From contig OY782391.1 of NCBI GenBank assembly GCA_963677745.1, positions 192,448 to 256,447 of the forward strand: a stretch of DNA of 64,000 bases, written 5' to 3'. The translations under genes were made by a program, and so were the position numbers. The stretch is from Candidatus Altimarinota bacterium. GTDB taxonomy: Bacteria; Patescibacteriota; Gracilibacteria; UBA1369. Below, in pieces: positions 1 through 10,138 of the stretch. Position 1 is the first letter of the stretch, and the number at the start of each line of letters is the position of its first letter. The notes beneath the pieces were generated by a model. It made no database searches, was not told where the DNA came from, and worked only from the letters and a program-made list of their open reading frames with translations.

Positions 1-672
1 TGTTACCATCAGGACCGTGAATTAAACCTGCTCTGGATCGATTCCGAAAAACTGGAAAGCAACGATGAAAGAGCCTGGGAAATGCTGAAAGAAGCGGACG
101 GCGTGCTGGTACCGGGAGGCTTTGGCACAAGAGGAACCGAAGGGAAAATCCAGGCCGCCAAATATTGCCGTGAAAAAAAAGTCCCCTATTTCGGCATCTG
201 TCTGGGCATGCAAATCATGTGTATCGAGTTCATGAGACACCTCACCGGCGACCAGCGCTACACTTCGGAAGAATTTGATGAAAACAATGAGGTTGGCGAT
301 AAATTTCATGTAATCAATTTCCTGCCGGGACAAAACAAGGAGCGTGAAAAGGGAGGAACACTCCGTCTCGGCACCTATCCCTGCAAGCTTAAAAAAGACT
401 CTCACAGCCGCAATCTCTACAAACAGGAACTGATCGAGGAAAGACACCGCCACCGCTATGAATTCAACAACAAATTTCGTGAAGAAATTACCAAACACGG
501 ACTGATTCCCGTCGGAATCTATCCCAAACAGGACCTGGTGGAAATCACCGAACTGAAAGGCCATCCTTTTATGATCGGTTGCCAGTTCCATCCGGAATTT
601 CTGTCCCGACCCAACCTGCCTCACCCGTTGTTCCGGGGATTTATTGAAGCCAGCGTAAAAAATCAAAAATAA
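1..672 (+). CDS. pyrG: CTP synthase, C-terminal glutamine amidotransferase domain (5' partial, frame open to window edge)
   Basis: Frame 1 is open from nt 1. It carries class-I GATase motifs: VLVPGGFG, PYFGICLGMQ (nucleophile Cys), HRHRYEFN and CQFHPEF. Confidence 0.9.
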   Translation, partial: CYHQDRELNLLWIDSEKLESNDERAWEMLKEADGVLVPGGFGTRGTEGKIQAAKYCREKKVPYFGICLGMQIMCIEFMRHLTGDQRYTSEEFDENNEVGDKFHVINFLPGQNKEREKGGTLRLGTYPCKLKKDSHSRNLYKQELIEERHRHRYEFNNKFREEITKHGLIPVGIYPKQDLVEITELKGHPFMIGCQFHPEFLSRPNLPHPLFRGFIEASVKNQK

Positions 673-678
673 TCAAAA

Positions 679-2076
679 ATGCCACAGTACTCCTATACAG
701 TTCTCAATAAGGAAAACAAACAGCTGACCGGCAACATCAATGCCCCCGATGAAGTGGCTGCCCGCAAGGAATTGAATGCCATGGAATTTTCCATTATCAC
801 CCTGACCGACATTACCAACCAGACCCTGCAGGCGGTTGAAGAAATACCGGAAAACATCACAAAATTTGAATTCATCGCCACCGATAAAAACGGTAAAAAC
901 GTCATCGGCACCATTCAGGGAGAAGATATTTTTTCGGTTTACAAGAGATTGCTGTATGAATACCGCTTCGACGTCAAACAGCTTTTTCCCAACAATCTGT
1001 CGGGCAAAGAACGCGAAACCGCCATGCTGAAAGGAGTCGATGAGCTGAAAGACCGGATCGAGGAGGAAAAAATGGCCGCGGAACTGGATCAGAAAAAACA
1101 GGAAATGGACCTGATCGCCTTCCAGCAAAAACAGGAAAAGATGAAGATGCAGGTTGATTTTGTTCTCCAAAAAGTCAACAACATGCTGGATACCTATAAG
1201 GATGATCTCGACCCCACCAGAAAAACCAAAATCAGGTATTACGTGGAAAAACTGCTGCGTATTAAAAGCAGCACCAACCTTGATTACATCATACAGACCT
1301 GTCAGGACATGCTGACCTACCTGCAAAAGGAGGAAATCTTTCTGCATCAGGAACAGCGCCTGAAAGAAAAAACCAAACTTTCGATCGAGGCCAAAAGTAT
1401 GATGATGGAATTAAACCGTATCAATAAACCCGCCGGCAAAAACATCTTCCAGGCACTGCGTGACTGGCGCCAGGCCAGAATCACCAACAACCCCGATCCC
1501 AATATACTCGACAGAATCATCGACATTCTGATTACACCGCTGATCGGCAGCATTCCCGAAGACGATGAAATATTGTCGGTCAAAGCAAAAATAAAAAACC
1601 TGAACGTCCAACTCAAAGAATACCTGACCATCTACTTTCAGGCCCCCGACCCCGAATTCAAGAAAGAAATTAAAAGCACCCTTCTTTCACTGTGGGGACA
1701 GCGCAAACAAGCTAAAAAAGAACTTTCCGACCTGATTCGCAAGAAACAAAATGAAAAACTGGCGAATATTGAATTTACCACCGCTGAAACGCTGGAAAGA
1801 GAAATATTCGGTGTAGCCGGCTGGGTACTGGCGTTTTATATTATCTACTACTTTGGGACCATTTACCTGAATTCCAAACAAATCGATTTCATCCCGGACA
1901 CAAAACTCAGCCTGATTTTCCAAACCTCCATCATCAAATACTTTTTCACCTGCCTTTTCCTGTTTGTCTGTATCTTGGGAATCAAAATTGAATTTTTCAG
2001 AAGAAAAGCCCTGATAACACCGGTCCTGACGCTGGTCTTTCTGTTTTGCTCCACCCTGATTATATTAAATTATTAA
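679..2076 (+). CDS. Hypothetical membrane protein with a duplicated GspF/PilC-N-terminus-like motif, a coiled-coil middle and C-terminal TM helices
   Basis: 465-aa ORF. Two ~40-aa segments (MPQYSYTVLNKENKQLTGNINAPDEVAARKELNAMEFSIITL; KFEFIATDKNGKNVIGTIQGEDIFSVYKRLLYEYRFDV) resemble the extreme N-terminus of type II secretion/type IV pilus platform proteins. The middle is charged. The C-terminus has hydrophobic helices. The stop overlaps the next start (TAATG). Confidence 0.6.
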   Translation: MPQYSYTVLNKENKQLTGNINAPDEVAARKELNAMEFSIITLTDITNQTLQAVEEIPENITKFEFIATDKNGKNVIGTIQGEDIFSVYKRLLYEYRFDVKQLFPNNLSGKERETAMLKGVDELKDRIEEEKMAAELDQKKQEMDLIAFQQKQEKMKMQVDFVLQKVNNMLDTYKDDLDPTRKTKIRYYVEKLLRIKSSTNLDYIIQTCQDMLTYLQKEEIFLHQEQRLKEKTKLSIEAKSMMMELNRINKPAGKNIFQALRDWRQARITNNPDPNILDRIIDILITPLIGSIPEDDEILSVKAKIKNLNVQLKEYLTIYFQAPDPEFKKEIKSTLLSLWGQRKQAKKELSDLIRKKQNEKLANIEFTTAETLEREIFGVAGWVLAFYIIYYFGTIYLNSKQIDFIPDTKLSLIFQTSIIKYFFTCLFLFVCILGIKIEFFRRKALITPVLTLVFLFCSTLIILNY

Positions 2077-2858
2077 TGTTTCCAATACTTCTTCAAATCG
2101 GTCCGGTCACCATTTATTCATTGTGGATTCTTCTGGCAGTTGCCCTTTTTTCCTCATTGCTGGTGGTAAACAAACTTGCCAGGTTCCGTCTGATCAAACT
2201 TTCCTTTCTGGCCGAAAACAGCCTGCTGATTTTTTTCTGCGGATTAATCTGTGCCCGTTTCCTTTTTGTGGCTTATAACTTCAGTTATTTCTGGGACATC
2301 GTCATAACGGAAGGACACCCTTTTGAATTGCTTTACATCTGGGACAAAGGACTTTCAGCCTGGGGAGGACTGCTGGGAGTGTTTTTAAGTATATTTTTAT
2401 TGGCCAGAAAACAAAAAGAGGATTTCCTGGCCTGGAGCGACATTCTGGTAATAAGCGTGCTCTTTGGAATGGTCTTTGCGAACATCGGAGCCTTTCTGGA
2501 CGGGCGCAACTACGGCACGCCCACCGATCTGCCCTGGGGCGTATTGATGGAACCGTCACAATATGCCATTCCCATTCATCCGGTTCAGCTCTACGCGGCT
2601 TTCTATTCACTGCTAATCGGTATCATCCTCTACCACCTGTTCAATCACAAACTTTTCAAAAGCAGCGGCGTGATAACCTGGCTGGGACTGACGCTTTACT
2701 GTTTTTTCCGTTTCATTGAGGAATTTCTGCGTGGTGATGAAGCCAACCTGCTGTTCGGTTTAATCCGCGAAGCCCAGATCTATAGCCTGATTGGGCTTTC
2801 CTTCGGCGGTTATATGATGTATAGGTATTTTAGAAAATACTTCCAAGAAAACCATTAA
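2076..2858 (+). CDS. lgt: Prolipoprotein diacylglyceryl transferase
   Basis: Polytopic membrane ORF with Lgt-like motifs: WGGLLGVFL, GRNYGTPTDLPWGV, HPVQLYAAFY, FRFIEEFLRGD. I chose the ATG at 2076 (TAATG overlap with the upstream stop). The track ORF starts at 2046. Confidence 0.85.
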   Translation: MFPILLQIGPVTIYSLWILLAVALFSSLLVVNKLARFRLIKLSFLAENSLLIFFCGLICARFLFVAYNFSYFWDIVITEGHPFELLYIWDKGLSAWGGLLGVFLSIFLLARKQKEDFLAWSDILVISVLFGMVFANIGAFLDGRNYGTPTDLPWGVLMEPSQYAIPIHPVQLYAAFYSLLIGIILYHLFNHKLFKSSGVITWLGLTLYCFFRFIEEFLRGDEANLLFGLIREAQIYSLIGLSFGGYMMYRYFRKYFQENH

Positions 2859-2860
2859 CC

Positions 2861-3298
2861 ATGAATAATTTTATTATCGGCTTCCTCGAATATTTCTTCG
2901 AATTCAACCCTTCCAAAAGCTTCGGTTTGCAGTGGATCGTCTGGACTATCATCATCCTGGCCTTCTTGAGCGCCATATTCATTTACATCAAAGCAAAAAA
3001 AGGCACCACTCCGGTCTTGCGGAAAATCTTGATGGAATATCCCGGAAAACTGATTACCATCAGCATACTTTTAATACTCAACATTTTATCGCGCCTCAAC
3101 CAAATCGAAGTTCTCTCCATGCGTTTTATTACCTATCTGCTGCTGCTCTGGCTGGTCTATTCTTATTATTCCCTGTACCGCGATCTGACTGTCAGTTATC
3201 CCCGCAAGCTGGCCCAGCAAAAACAGAAATTCGTCAGCCTGGAAGAAAAATACCGCATTCATAAGAACAAGAAACGAAAGAACCGTCTGAAAAAGTAG
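2861..3298 (+). CDS. Hypothetical small membrane protein with a basic C-terminal tail
   Basis: 145-aa ORF starting 2 nt after lgt. It has 3-4 hydrophobic helices and a KNKKRKNRLKK tail. The alternative-frame ORF 2932..3264 is rejected. Confidence 0.55.
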   Translation: MNNFIIGFLEYFFEFNPSKSFGLQWIVWTIIILAFLSAIFIYIKAKKGTTPVLRKILMEYPGKLITISILLILNILSRLNQIEVLSMRFITYLLLLWLVYSYYSLYRDLTVSYPRKLAQQKQKFVSLEEKYRIHKNKKRKNRLKK

Positions 3299-3308
3299 GA
3301 AACACACC

Positions 3309-4553
3309 TTAACTTTCCAGATCCCAGGAATACAATTTTGCCGTAGATTCCAGCTCCGCCTGTTCGGTTAAATACCTGACAAAATAAAGTGTTTTGGGGC
3401 TTACCACCTGCAACTGTACCACTCCCAATCCGTTAAACATATCCTGAACATTCTCAAAATTCACATCTGCCAGCAAATAACGGTCTTTCATTTTCAAAAT
3501 CAACAAATCTCCGGAATGATGTATCAGTAAATCCGCCGAAATCAAACTGACCTGATTTTCAAATCTTCTCAGAAAAACCGGTTTCCCCGTCTTAAAATCA
3601 TAAGACCAGATTTCCCGCCCGTCCTTTGTATAATGCAATTGTCCATTGGCAGCCAAAGCAACTGAATCTATATGGCCCGTATCCAATGGCAGCAGCTGGT
3701 TGTTTTGCAATTCATAAAAAACACCGTCCCGCCTTCCCGGAGAAAAATCCAAAGCCACAAAATTCCTTTTCCCGGCAGTAAAACTGCGCAAAGCAATAAT
3801 ATGCTGTCCCTCTATCGGCTGTTTTGACCAAATCACATTTTCTAACTGTTGATCCAAGGCAGCCAAAAAGTTGGCCTGATAAAAATACCATTTATCCCCC
3901 GCAAAAACATAGTTTGCCGGAACATTTACTTTTTTGCTTTCTCCCGTTAACAAATCCACTATATATCTTTGTCCGTCAGCCATCTCCAGATGAGCCAGTT
4001 TCCCGAATACGGAGATCGACTTGATGTCCCGCCCGGCTACTCCTTTGGCCTCCCTTAAGTCCGCACCGTCAAAATCTGACCTTAATTTGGCAAATAACAG
4101 ACGGGTATCCTCACTTCGCCAAAAATAACCTCCCTCCAGAATAATCCGGCCCTCCTGGCCGTTTTCCATCGTCCAAGCCTGCAATTCCTTGGTTTGAGCC
4201 AGAACGTCCCGAGGATACAAAAAAACGGATCCGGCCCTGCTGATCAAATCGGCAGCCACATCAATATCTATACTGTAATCCCAGTATCCTTCCCGGCCCA
4301 CGGCCAATTGATAGCGCCCCGGTAAAACGTTGTTGATCACAAAGGGTAAATTTCCCTCCATTTTCTGGCCGTCCAGATAGACCCTGGCCCTGGTATCGCT
4401 GTAGGAAATATCAATAATACCGGTACGTCGTATCTGATTGCTGATAAAATCATATTGAAACCCGTTGGCCCAATACAAAGACACCATTAGAGCCATCACA
4501 AAGATCAGCAGCAATGAGCCTCTCCAAAACCAGGTCTGCCAGGAATTTTTCAT
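3309..4553 (-). CDS. Hypothetical membrane-anchored protein with a PEGA-like domain
   Basis: 414 aa with an N-terminal TM (GSLLLIFVMALMVSLYW). It has a PEGA-like segment (VYLDGQKMEGNLPFVINNVLPGRYQLAVGREGYWDYSIDIDV). The remainder looks beta-rich. Confidence 0.7.
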   Translation of the reverse strand: MKNSWQTWFWRGSLLLIFVMALMVSLYWANGFQYDFISNQIRRTGIIDISYSDTRARVYLDGQKMEGNLPFVINNVLPGRYQLAVGREGYWDYSIDIDVAADLISRAGSVFLYPRDVLAQTKELQAWTMENGQEGRIILEGGYFWRSEDTRLLFAKLRSDFDGADLREAKGVAGRDIKSISVFGKLAHLEMADGQRYIVDLLTGESKKVNVPANYVFAGDKWYFYQANFLAALDQQLENVIWSKQPIEGQHIIALRSFTAGKRNFVALDFSPGRRDGVFYELQNNQLLPLDTGHIDSVALAANGQLHYTKDGREIWSYDFKTGKPVFLRRFENQVSLISADLLIHHSGDLLILKMKDRYLLADVNFENVQDMFNGLGVVQLQVVSPKTLYFVRYLTEQAELESTAKLYSWDLES

Positions 4554-4556
4554 GGA

Positions 4557-5210
4557 CTAGGAAATATTCAGAATTTCGTAAGTAACCATCCCCGCCGGCA
4601 CTTTCACGTCGACCTTGGCTCCGGTAATATTATTTAACAGAGCGGCCCCTACCGCCGATTCATTGGAAATTTTGCCTTCCAGCGGATCTGCTTCGGTAGT
4701 ACCCACAATTGCATACTCCATCACTACGCCGGCATTTTTTCCGGAAAGCGCTCTGATTTTAACTTTATTGCCAAGCTGAACCTGCATTTGACGGCTGGAT
4801 CTTTGTTGAGCGGCTTCATCATCAATTATCTGGGCGTATTTGACCTGTTCGGTCAGTTGCAGAATGCGGCCTTCCACAAAAGCCTGCTCATTCTTGGCCT
4901 CCTCATACTCGGAATTTTCCGAAAGATCGCCATAACTGACTGCTTCCTTGATTCTGGCGGCAATTTCCTTGCGGCGGGAATTCTCCAGAAAATCCAGTTC
5001 CTTTTTAAGAGCGGCCAAACCATCCTTGGTAACCAGAGTGACTTTACCCTCCTCCATCGTCCCGACAAAATGGTGTTTTGCTTCCAGAGGAGCCTTCACG
5101 GCTTTATGCAACTTTACGACAGGCTTGGCGGCTTTTTTCTCAACTTTTGCCACTGTCTTCTGAGGCTTGGCCGTTTTCACACTGACCTTTTTAAGCTTTT
5201 TCTCTGCCAT
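4557..5210 (-). CDS. greA: Transcription elongation factor GreA with a Lys-rich N-terminal extension
   Basis: GreA core motifs are present: LKKELDFLENSRRKEIAARIKEAVSYGDLSENSEYEEAKNEQAFVEGRILQL, plus a C-terminal FKBP-like domain. The first ~51 aa are K/A/V-rich. Alternative start at M52. Confidence 0.85.
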   Translation of the reverse strand: MAEKKLKKVSVKTAKPQKTVAKVEKKAAKPVVKLHKAVKAPLEAKHHFVGTMEEGKVTLVTKDGLAALKKELDFLENSRRKEIAARIKEAVSYGDLSENSEYEEAKNEQAFVEGRILQLTEQVKYAQIIDDEAAQQRSSRQMQVQLGNKVKIRALSGKNAGVVMEYAIVGTTEADPLEGKISNESAVGAALLNNITGAKVDVKVPAGMVTYEILNIS

Positions 5211-5230
5211 AATACAAGTATGGTTAATTT

Positions 5231-6370
5231 TTAATTGGGTCTGATTTTGATACTGGTGGGATGTTCCTTCAGTTTTTGTAATACCTTGGCTTCTATCTGA
5301 CGGATTCTCTCCCTGGTTACATTGAATTCCTGTCCGACTTCCTCCAGAGTATGCCCCACACCGTCCTTCAAGCCAAATCTCATTTCAATTATTTTTCTTT
5401 CGCGCGGGGAAAGATACTGCAGCATTTCATGAATATTTTCCTTGATCAGTACGCGATTGGTGGCTTCCTGCGGGAGGACGGCATCATCATCTTCGATAAA
5501 GTCCCCCAGTTTGCTGTCCTCCTCAGTCCCGACCGGAGCTTCCAGAGAAACGATATCCTGGGAAATTTTTAAAATATGCTTAACCTTCTTTTCGTCCATG
5601 CCCATTTCCGCAGCCAGTTCTTCAACCACCGGTTCACGCCCCAGTTCCTGCACCAGACGGCGCTGGGCATGAGTCAGTTTGTTAATGGTTTCCACCATAT
5701 GCACCGGAATACGGATTGTCCTGGCCTGATCGGCAATGGCGCGGGTAATGGCCTGGCGGATCCACCAGGTGGCATAAGTGGAAAACTTGAAACCGCGATC
5801 CGGATCAAATTTTTCCACGGCCCTGAATAAGCCGATATTGCCTTCCTGAATCAGATCCAGGAAAGACAAACCGCGGCCGATATACTTCTTGGCAATACTG
5901 ACTACCAGACGTAGATTGGATTCGGCCAGCTTGGACTTGGCCGACTGGTCTCCTTTTTTGATTCTGCGGGCCAGATCTATCTCTTCCTTGGCTGAAAGCA
6001 AATTGATTTTACCGATCTCACACAGATAAAGACGAATGGAATCGTTGGCAATTTCCCGCAGTTCCACCGTCTTCTTTTCCACCACCACCACCTTCTCAGC
6101 AGCAGCTTCCTGTTCATCCTCCTCGACTGTCTTGGAGGTCAGCATCTTGTCCTTGGCATCAATAATTTCTATGCCCAGATCCATCATCAGTCCCATCACC
6201 TCATCCAAGAGCATCAGGTCTTCTTCAGCATTGGGAATAGCCTTCATCAACTCCTGATGGGTCACAAATCCGTGTTCTCGGCCTTTTTTTACTATCTCTC
6301 GCACCTTTTCGGGAAACTGCAGCAATTTATCATCCGACGGCTGCACAATAAATTTTTTGGTTCTAGCCAT
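5231..6370 (-). CDS. rpoD: RNA polymerase primary sigma factor (sigma-70 family)
   Basis: Region 1.2, 2, 3 and 4 motifs are present: [62 protein letters not shown]. Confidence 0.95.
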   Translation of the reverse strand: MARTKKFIVQPSDDKLLQFPEKVREIVKKGREHGFVTHQELMKAIPNAEEDLMLLDEVMGLMMDLGIEIIDAKDKMLTSKTVEEDEQEAAAEKVVVVEKKTVELREIANDSIRLYLCEIGKINLLSAKEEIDLARRIKKGDQSAKSKLAESNLRLVVSIAKKYIGRGLSFLDLIQEGNIGLFRAVEKFDPDRGFKFSTYATWWIRQAITRAIADQARTIRIPVHMVETINKLTHAQRRLVQELGREPVVEELAAEMGMDEKKVKHILKISQDIVSLEAPVGTEEDSKLGDFIEDDDAVLPQEATNRVLIKENIHEMLQYLSPRERKIIEMRFGLKDGVGHTLEEVGQEFNVTRERIRQIEAKVLQKLKEHPTSIKIRPN

Positions 6371-6388
6371 TAATTCAGTAAGGTTAAA

Positions 6389-8149
6389 TTACGTTACACG
6401 GCTTAGATTGCTCAGTTCGGTCAGGATCTTCTCCATCTCAGTTTGATCTTTATGGGCCTCGGCTTCTTTTAATTGCCTATTTAAATGCATTCGCATTTTG
6501 GCCAGATTCTGATTTTTAATTTTGGCAACCAGATCCTGAATCTCCTTTTGCACCATCTCCTCAGGTAAATCTGCATATTGTTCCTCTACATACAAAGACA
6601 TCAAACCAGCCTGTGACCTAAGCTCTTCGTCCAGACCGGCTAACATTGCCAAAATAGCTTCCTGATCAACACCTTGAGGATTATAGATTGACAAAAACCG
6701 CTTGTAAATAGTATTAACCTTTTCTGAAAAAACCTGTTGCGAAAGGTCGATATTTGTGTCGATAAAATACTTTGGATAATTCAGTAAAAGACCAATCAAC
6801 AACTCCTCCGGCTGATAGTGCAGTGGTCTGTCGGTTTCCAGAGCCTGTTTGGCCGGGTGATTTTTACTGAAAGTCAGAACTTTCATTTCATCGTAAATCT
6901 GCACTTCCGGAACATCCAGATCCAGTGCCAGTTTTCTGACATAGGAATCCCGTTCCACCGAACTGCGAATCCGCCCCACCAGTACGGCAAACTCAGCCAG
7001 CAATTTGCGCTGCTCGGCCAGCGAATTTTTATTGAATCTGCTGAACAGCTCCTCGTAATAATAATCGGTAAACAGTTTAATTTCCTTAACAATCTCCACC
7101 AGTTGTCCCGGCTTTTCCTTAACAAAATCGGCAATATCCTTACCCGATGGCAACACCAGAATTTTTACCAGAAAATCGAATTCCTGCGTCAGTTCGAAAC
7201 TACGTCTGGCCGCTTCACGTCCGGCATTATCCATATCAAAAGAGAAAACCAGTTCTTCAATATAAGGTTTCAGCTGGGTCAGATGACGCTTGGTCATGGC
7301 CGTGCCGTTGACCGCCACTACATTCTTTAGTCCGTCCTGCCAGGCCATCAGAAAATCCATATACCCTTCCACAATCACCACCTGATGGGCAATTTTGATC
7401 TGCGACTTGGAATGGCTGAAACCGTAAAGCAGCTGATTTTTCTGATAAATAGGCGTTTCCGGCGAATTCAGATATTTAGGCTCCTGATCAGCCCGCAGAG
7501 CCCGGCCTCCAAACCCGACCACCCGCCCCAGGGAATCAAAAACCGGAAACATCAAACGGCCCCGGAACCGGTCATAAATTCTGTTCATCGAAGTATCCTT
7601 GGCCAGAGCCAGGCCGGATTGCAAAATTTGAGCATGTGCATAACCTTTTTTCAGCAAAAACTGATGCGTCATTTCATAGTCGTCCGGAGCATATCCCAGC
7701 CGGAACAGTTTGATCGTGTCATTGCTGAGGCCCCGGGAATGCAGATAATTTAAAGCCTGCGCCCCCTCCTCCGTCCATAATTTCTGGGCATAATAATCAG
7801 CGGTTGTCTGATGAATTTCCAGCAGGATTGCTTTTTCGTCTTTACGAACAAAATTTTTGTTCGAACTTTTCTCGACAGTCACACCGGTCTTTTCGGCAAG
7901 CAGGTTGAGCGCTTCGGCAAATTCAATATTTTCTATTTCCATCAAAAAGCGGAAGATATCACCGCCTTTGTGACAACCAAAACAATAGGCAATTCCCTTC
8001 TCGGGACTGACAATAAAACTGGGTGTTTTTTCTGAATGAAAAGGGCAAAGTCCTTTCAGACTTTTGCCGATACGCTTCAAAACCACATACTCCGCCACCA
8101 GACTCTCAATGGGGAGACGCGCCTTTATTTCATTGACTGCCTCGCTCAT
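6389..8149 (-). CDS. dnaG: DNA primase
   Basis: Zinc ribbon CPFHSEKTPSFIVSPEKGIAYCFGCHKGGD. TOPRIM region VVIVEGYMDFL ... FDMDNAGREAA. It sits in the classic dnaG-rpoD arrangement. Confidence 0.95.
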   Translation of the reverse strand: MSEAVNEIKARLPIESLVAEYVVLKRIGKSLKGLCPFHSEKTPSFIVSPEKGIAYCFGCHKGGDIFRFLMEIENIEFAEALNLLAEKTGVTVEKSSNKNFVRKDEKAILLEIHQTTADYYAQKLWTEEGAQALNYLHSRGLSNDTIKLFRLGYAPDDYEMTHQFLLKKGYAHAQILQSGLALAKDTSMNRIYDRFRGRLMFPVFDSLGRVVGFGGRALRADQEPKYLNSPETPIYQKNQLLYGFSHSKSQIKIAHQVVIVEGYMDFLMAWQDGLKNVVAVNGTAMTKRHLTQLKPYIEELVFSFDMDNAGREAARRSFELTQEFDFLVKILVLPSGKDIADFVKEKPGQLVEIVKEIKLFTDYYYEELFSRFNKNSLAEQRKLLAEFAVLVGRIRSSVERDSYVRKLALDLDVPEVQIYDEMKVLTFSKNHPAKQALETDRPLHYQPEELLIGLLLNYPKYFIDTNIDLSQQVFSEKVNTIYKRFLSIYNPQGVDQEAILAMLAGLDEELRSQAGLMSLYVEEQYADLPEEMVQKEIQDLVAKIKNQNLAKMRMHLNRQLKEAEAHKDQTEMEKILTELSNLSRVT

Positions 8150-8178
8150 GCACGGTTTTTATTGGAATCACTAACCTT

Positions 8179-9216
8179 TTAGCCCCTTTTACGGTTATTT
8201 TCAACCTCCAAGAGTACCACCGCGAAACCGATAATGGACATGGTAAAGAGCATTCCGATAATAGCCCAGACCTTTTGACCGCTTCCCAGCACCAATGCCA
8301 TTGCCCCGAACACAGCAGCAGCCAGATAAATCACCAGTAAAGCCTGTCTGTTGGACAAACCGGCGTAGATCAGGCGATGATGAAAATGAAACAAATCCCC
8401 CTTGAAAGGTGATTTTTTATTGATAATCCGTCGCAGGATTACCCAGATTGCATCCAGAATCGGAAAACCCAGCACCAACAGAGCGGTGCCCAGCTTGGCT
8501 CCCGAAAATATCGACAATCCGGCCAGCATAAAGCCCAGAAACATGCTTCCCGTATCCCCCATCAGAATGCGCGCCGGGTAAAAATTATACCACCAGAATA
8601 CGGCCACTATTACCCCCAGCAATAAAGCCATAATTGCCACAGCGGTCTGATCGACTGAATGTAAACCCGGTTTGACGCTCAGCAAAAATATCGTCAAAGC
8701 AGCGATTCCCGATACTCCCGAAGACAGTCCGTCCAGACCGTCAATCCAGTTAAGGGTATTCATGATCATCACCACCCACAACACCGTCGCCACCAGGGAA
8801 AGAACGGCCAGTCCCCCTACCTGCCAGCCCAGCAGATTTATTTCCGGCCCCAGGGGATTGGGTAAAGTTCCCACAAAAGTACCGCTGAAAAACAAACCGA
8901 CGGCAGCCGCAACCTGCATCAACAAACGGACAATCGGGCTAAGTCCCTTCCAGTCGTCCAGAAAACTGATTACGGCGACCAATAAGCCGATGCCCAAAAA
9001 ACAGGCCAGTTTTAAATCAAAATTCAGCCAAAAAACACTCCCGGCCAGAAATGCCAAAACCACCACCGTCCCCCCATAATAAGGAATGGGAGCTCTTTTC
9101 AGTCCATACTTATGCGGACGGTCCATCATTCCCCATTTCGGGAAATAATAAAGTGCCAGTCTGACCAGCAGATAGGACAGAACCAGACCGGTAATAGCAA
9201 TGTACAGAAAATTCAT
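8179..9216 (-). CDS. Glycosyltransferase family 4 polyprenyl-phosphate sugar-1-phosphate transferase (WecA/MraY family)
   Basis: 345 aa with ~10 TM helices. Motifs NWIDGLDGL, MGDTGSMFLGF and a C-terminal HFHH. It cannot be assigned to MraY versus WecA from sequence alone. Confidence 0.8.
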   Translation of the reverse strand: MNFLYIAITGLVLSYLLVRLALYYFPKWGMMDRPHKYGLKRAPIPYYGGTVVVLAFLAGSVFWLNFDLKLACFLGIGLLVAVISFLDDWKGLSPIVRLLMQVAAAVGLFFSGTFVGTLPNPLGPEINLLGWQVGGLAVLSLVATVLWVVMIMNTLNWIDGLDGLSSGVSGIAALTIFLLSVKPGLHSVDQTAVAIMALLLGVIVAVFWWYNFYPARILMGDTGSMFLGFMLAGLSIFSGAKLGTALLVLGFPILDAIWVILRRIINKKSPFKGDLFHFHHRLIYAGLSNRQALLVIYLAAAVFGAMALVLGSGQKVWAIIGMLFTMSIIGFAVVLLEVENNRKRG

Positions 9217-9268
9217 GATTAAATTATTGATAATTTATTTCACAAAATCAAGCTGCACGGATTTTGTG

Positions 9269-10138
9269 TTATAGATTCAACTTTCTGCGGAATTTCAATT
9301 GCCCGCCCCCGGCCGTAATTTCCACTATACCCGCCACCCTCCCGCTGTAAATTGCCATGGCTTCACTTTCAATCCGCTCCGGGCCGTTTTCGATAAAATT
9401 TCCTTTCGACAGAACACCATATTGTTCCGGAGACAAATTGATCATTTTCCGGCCGGCAAAAATCTGTTCTGGATCCACGCACATTTTCTCCAGATTGGCA
9501 GAATCAATTTCCACCAGCTTCACCGCCCGCCCCACCTGCAAATTTCCCACAGCCGTCCTGCGCAATTCCCCGACCATACCTCCACACCCCAGTTCTTCCC
9601 CCAAATCATGAGCCAGACTGCGGATATAGGTACCGCTGGAACAATGTACCCGCAATTTCAGCCGGGGAAATTCATAATCCGTAACCTCAACCGAAAATAT
9701 TTCCACGGGACGCTTTTTCATTTCAAATTGCTGACCCTCCCTGGCCATCTGGTAGGCGCGTTTCCCGGCAATCTGTATGGCGGAAAAACGGGGCGGAACC
9801 TGTTCGATTTTTCCGGTAAATTGTTCTTTCAACAATCTTGTAATCAAGTCCAATGAGGGTATGTCATAACCGGAATTTTCAGTGATCGTTCCTTCGACAT
9901 CAAAAGTATCACTGGTTTTTCCCAAAGCAATTACCACTTCATAGACCTTGTCGCTGGATTCCAGATAAGGCAGCAGCTTGGTATATTCGCCCAACGCCAA
10001 AACCATCAGCCCGCTGGCCAGAGGATCCAGCGTGCCGGCAAACCCCACTCTTTTTTGATTGGCAATTTTTCTGAGAGCCACGACCAGCTTGAAAGAGTTG
10101 ATGCCTGTTTCCTTATCAATCAATAAAAATCCGTTCAT
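9269..10138 (-). CDS. truB: tRNA pseudouridine-55 synthase
   Basis: Motifs GFLLIDKETGINSF, GFAGTLDPLASGL (catalytic Asp), GTYIRSL. There is a 4-nt overlap with the upstream gene. Confidence 0.9.
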   Translation of the reverse strand: MNGFLLIDKETGINSFKLVVALRKIANQKRVGFAGTLDPLASGLMVLALGEYTKLLPYLESSDKVYEVVIALGKTSDTFDVEGTITENSGYDIPSLDLITRLLKEQFTGKIEQVPPRFSAIQIAGKRAYQMAREGQQFEMKKRPVEIFSVEVTDYEFPRLKLRVHCSSGTYIRSLAHDLGEELGCGGMVGELRRTAVGNLQVGRAVKLVEIDSANLEKMCVDPEQIFAGRKMINLSPEQYGVLSKGNFIENGPERIESEAMAIYSGRVAGIVEITAGGGQLKFRRKLNL

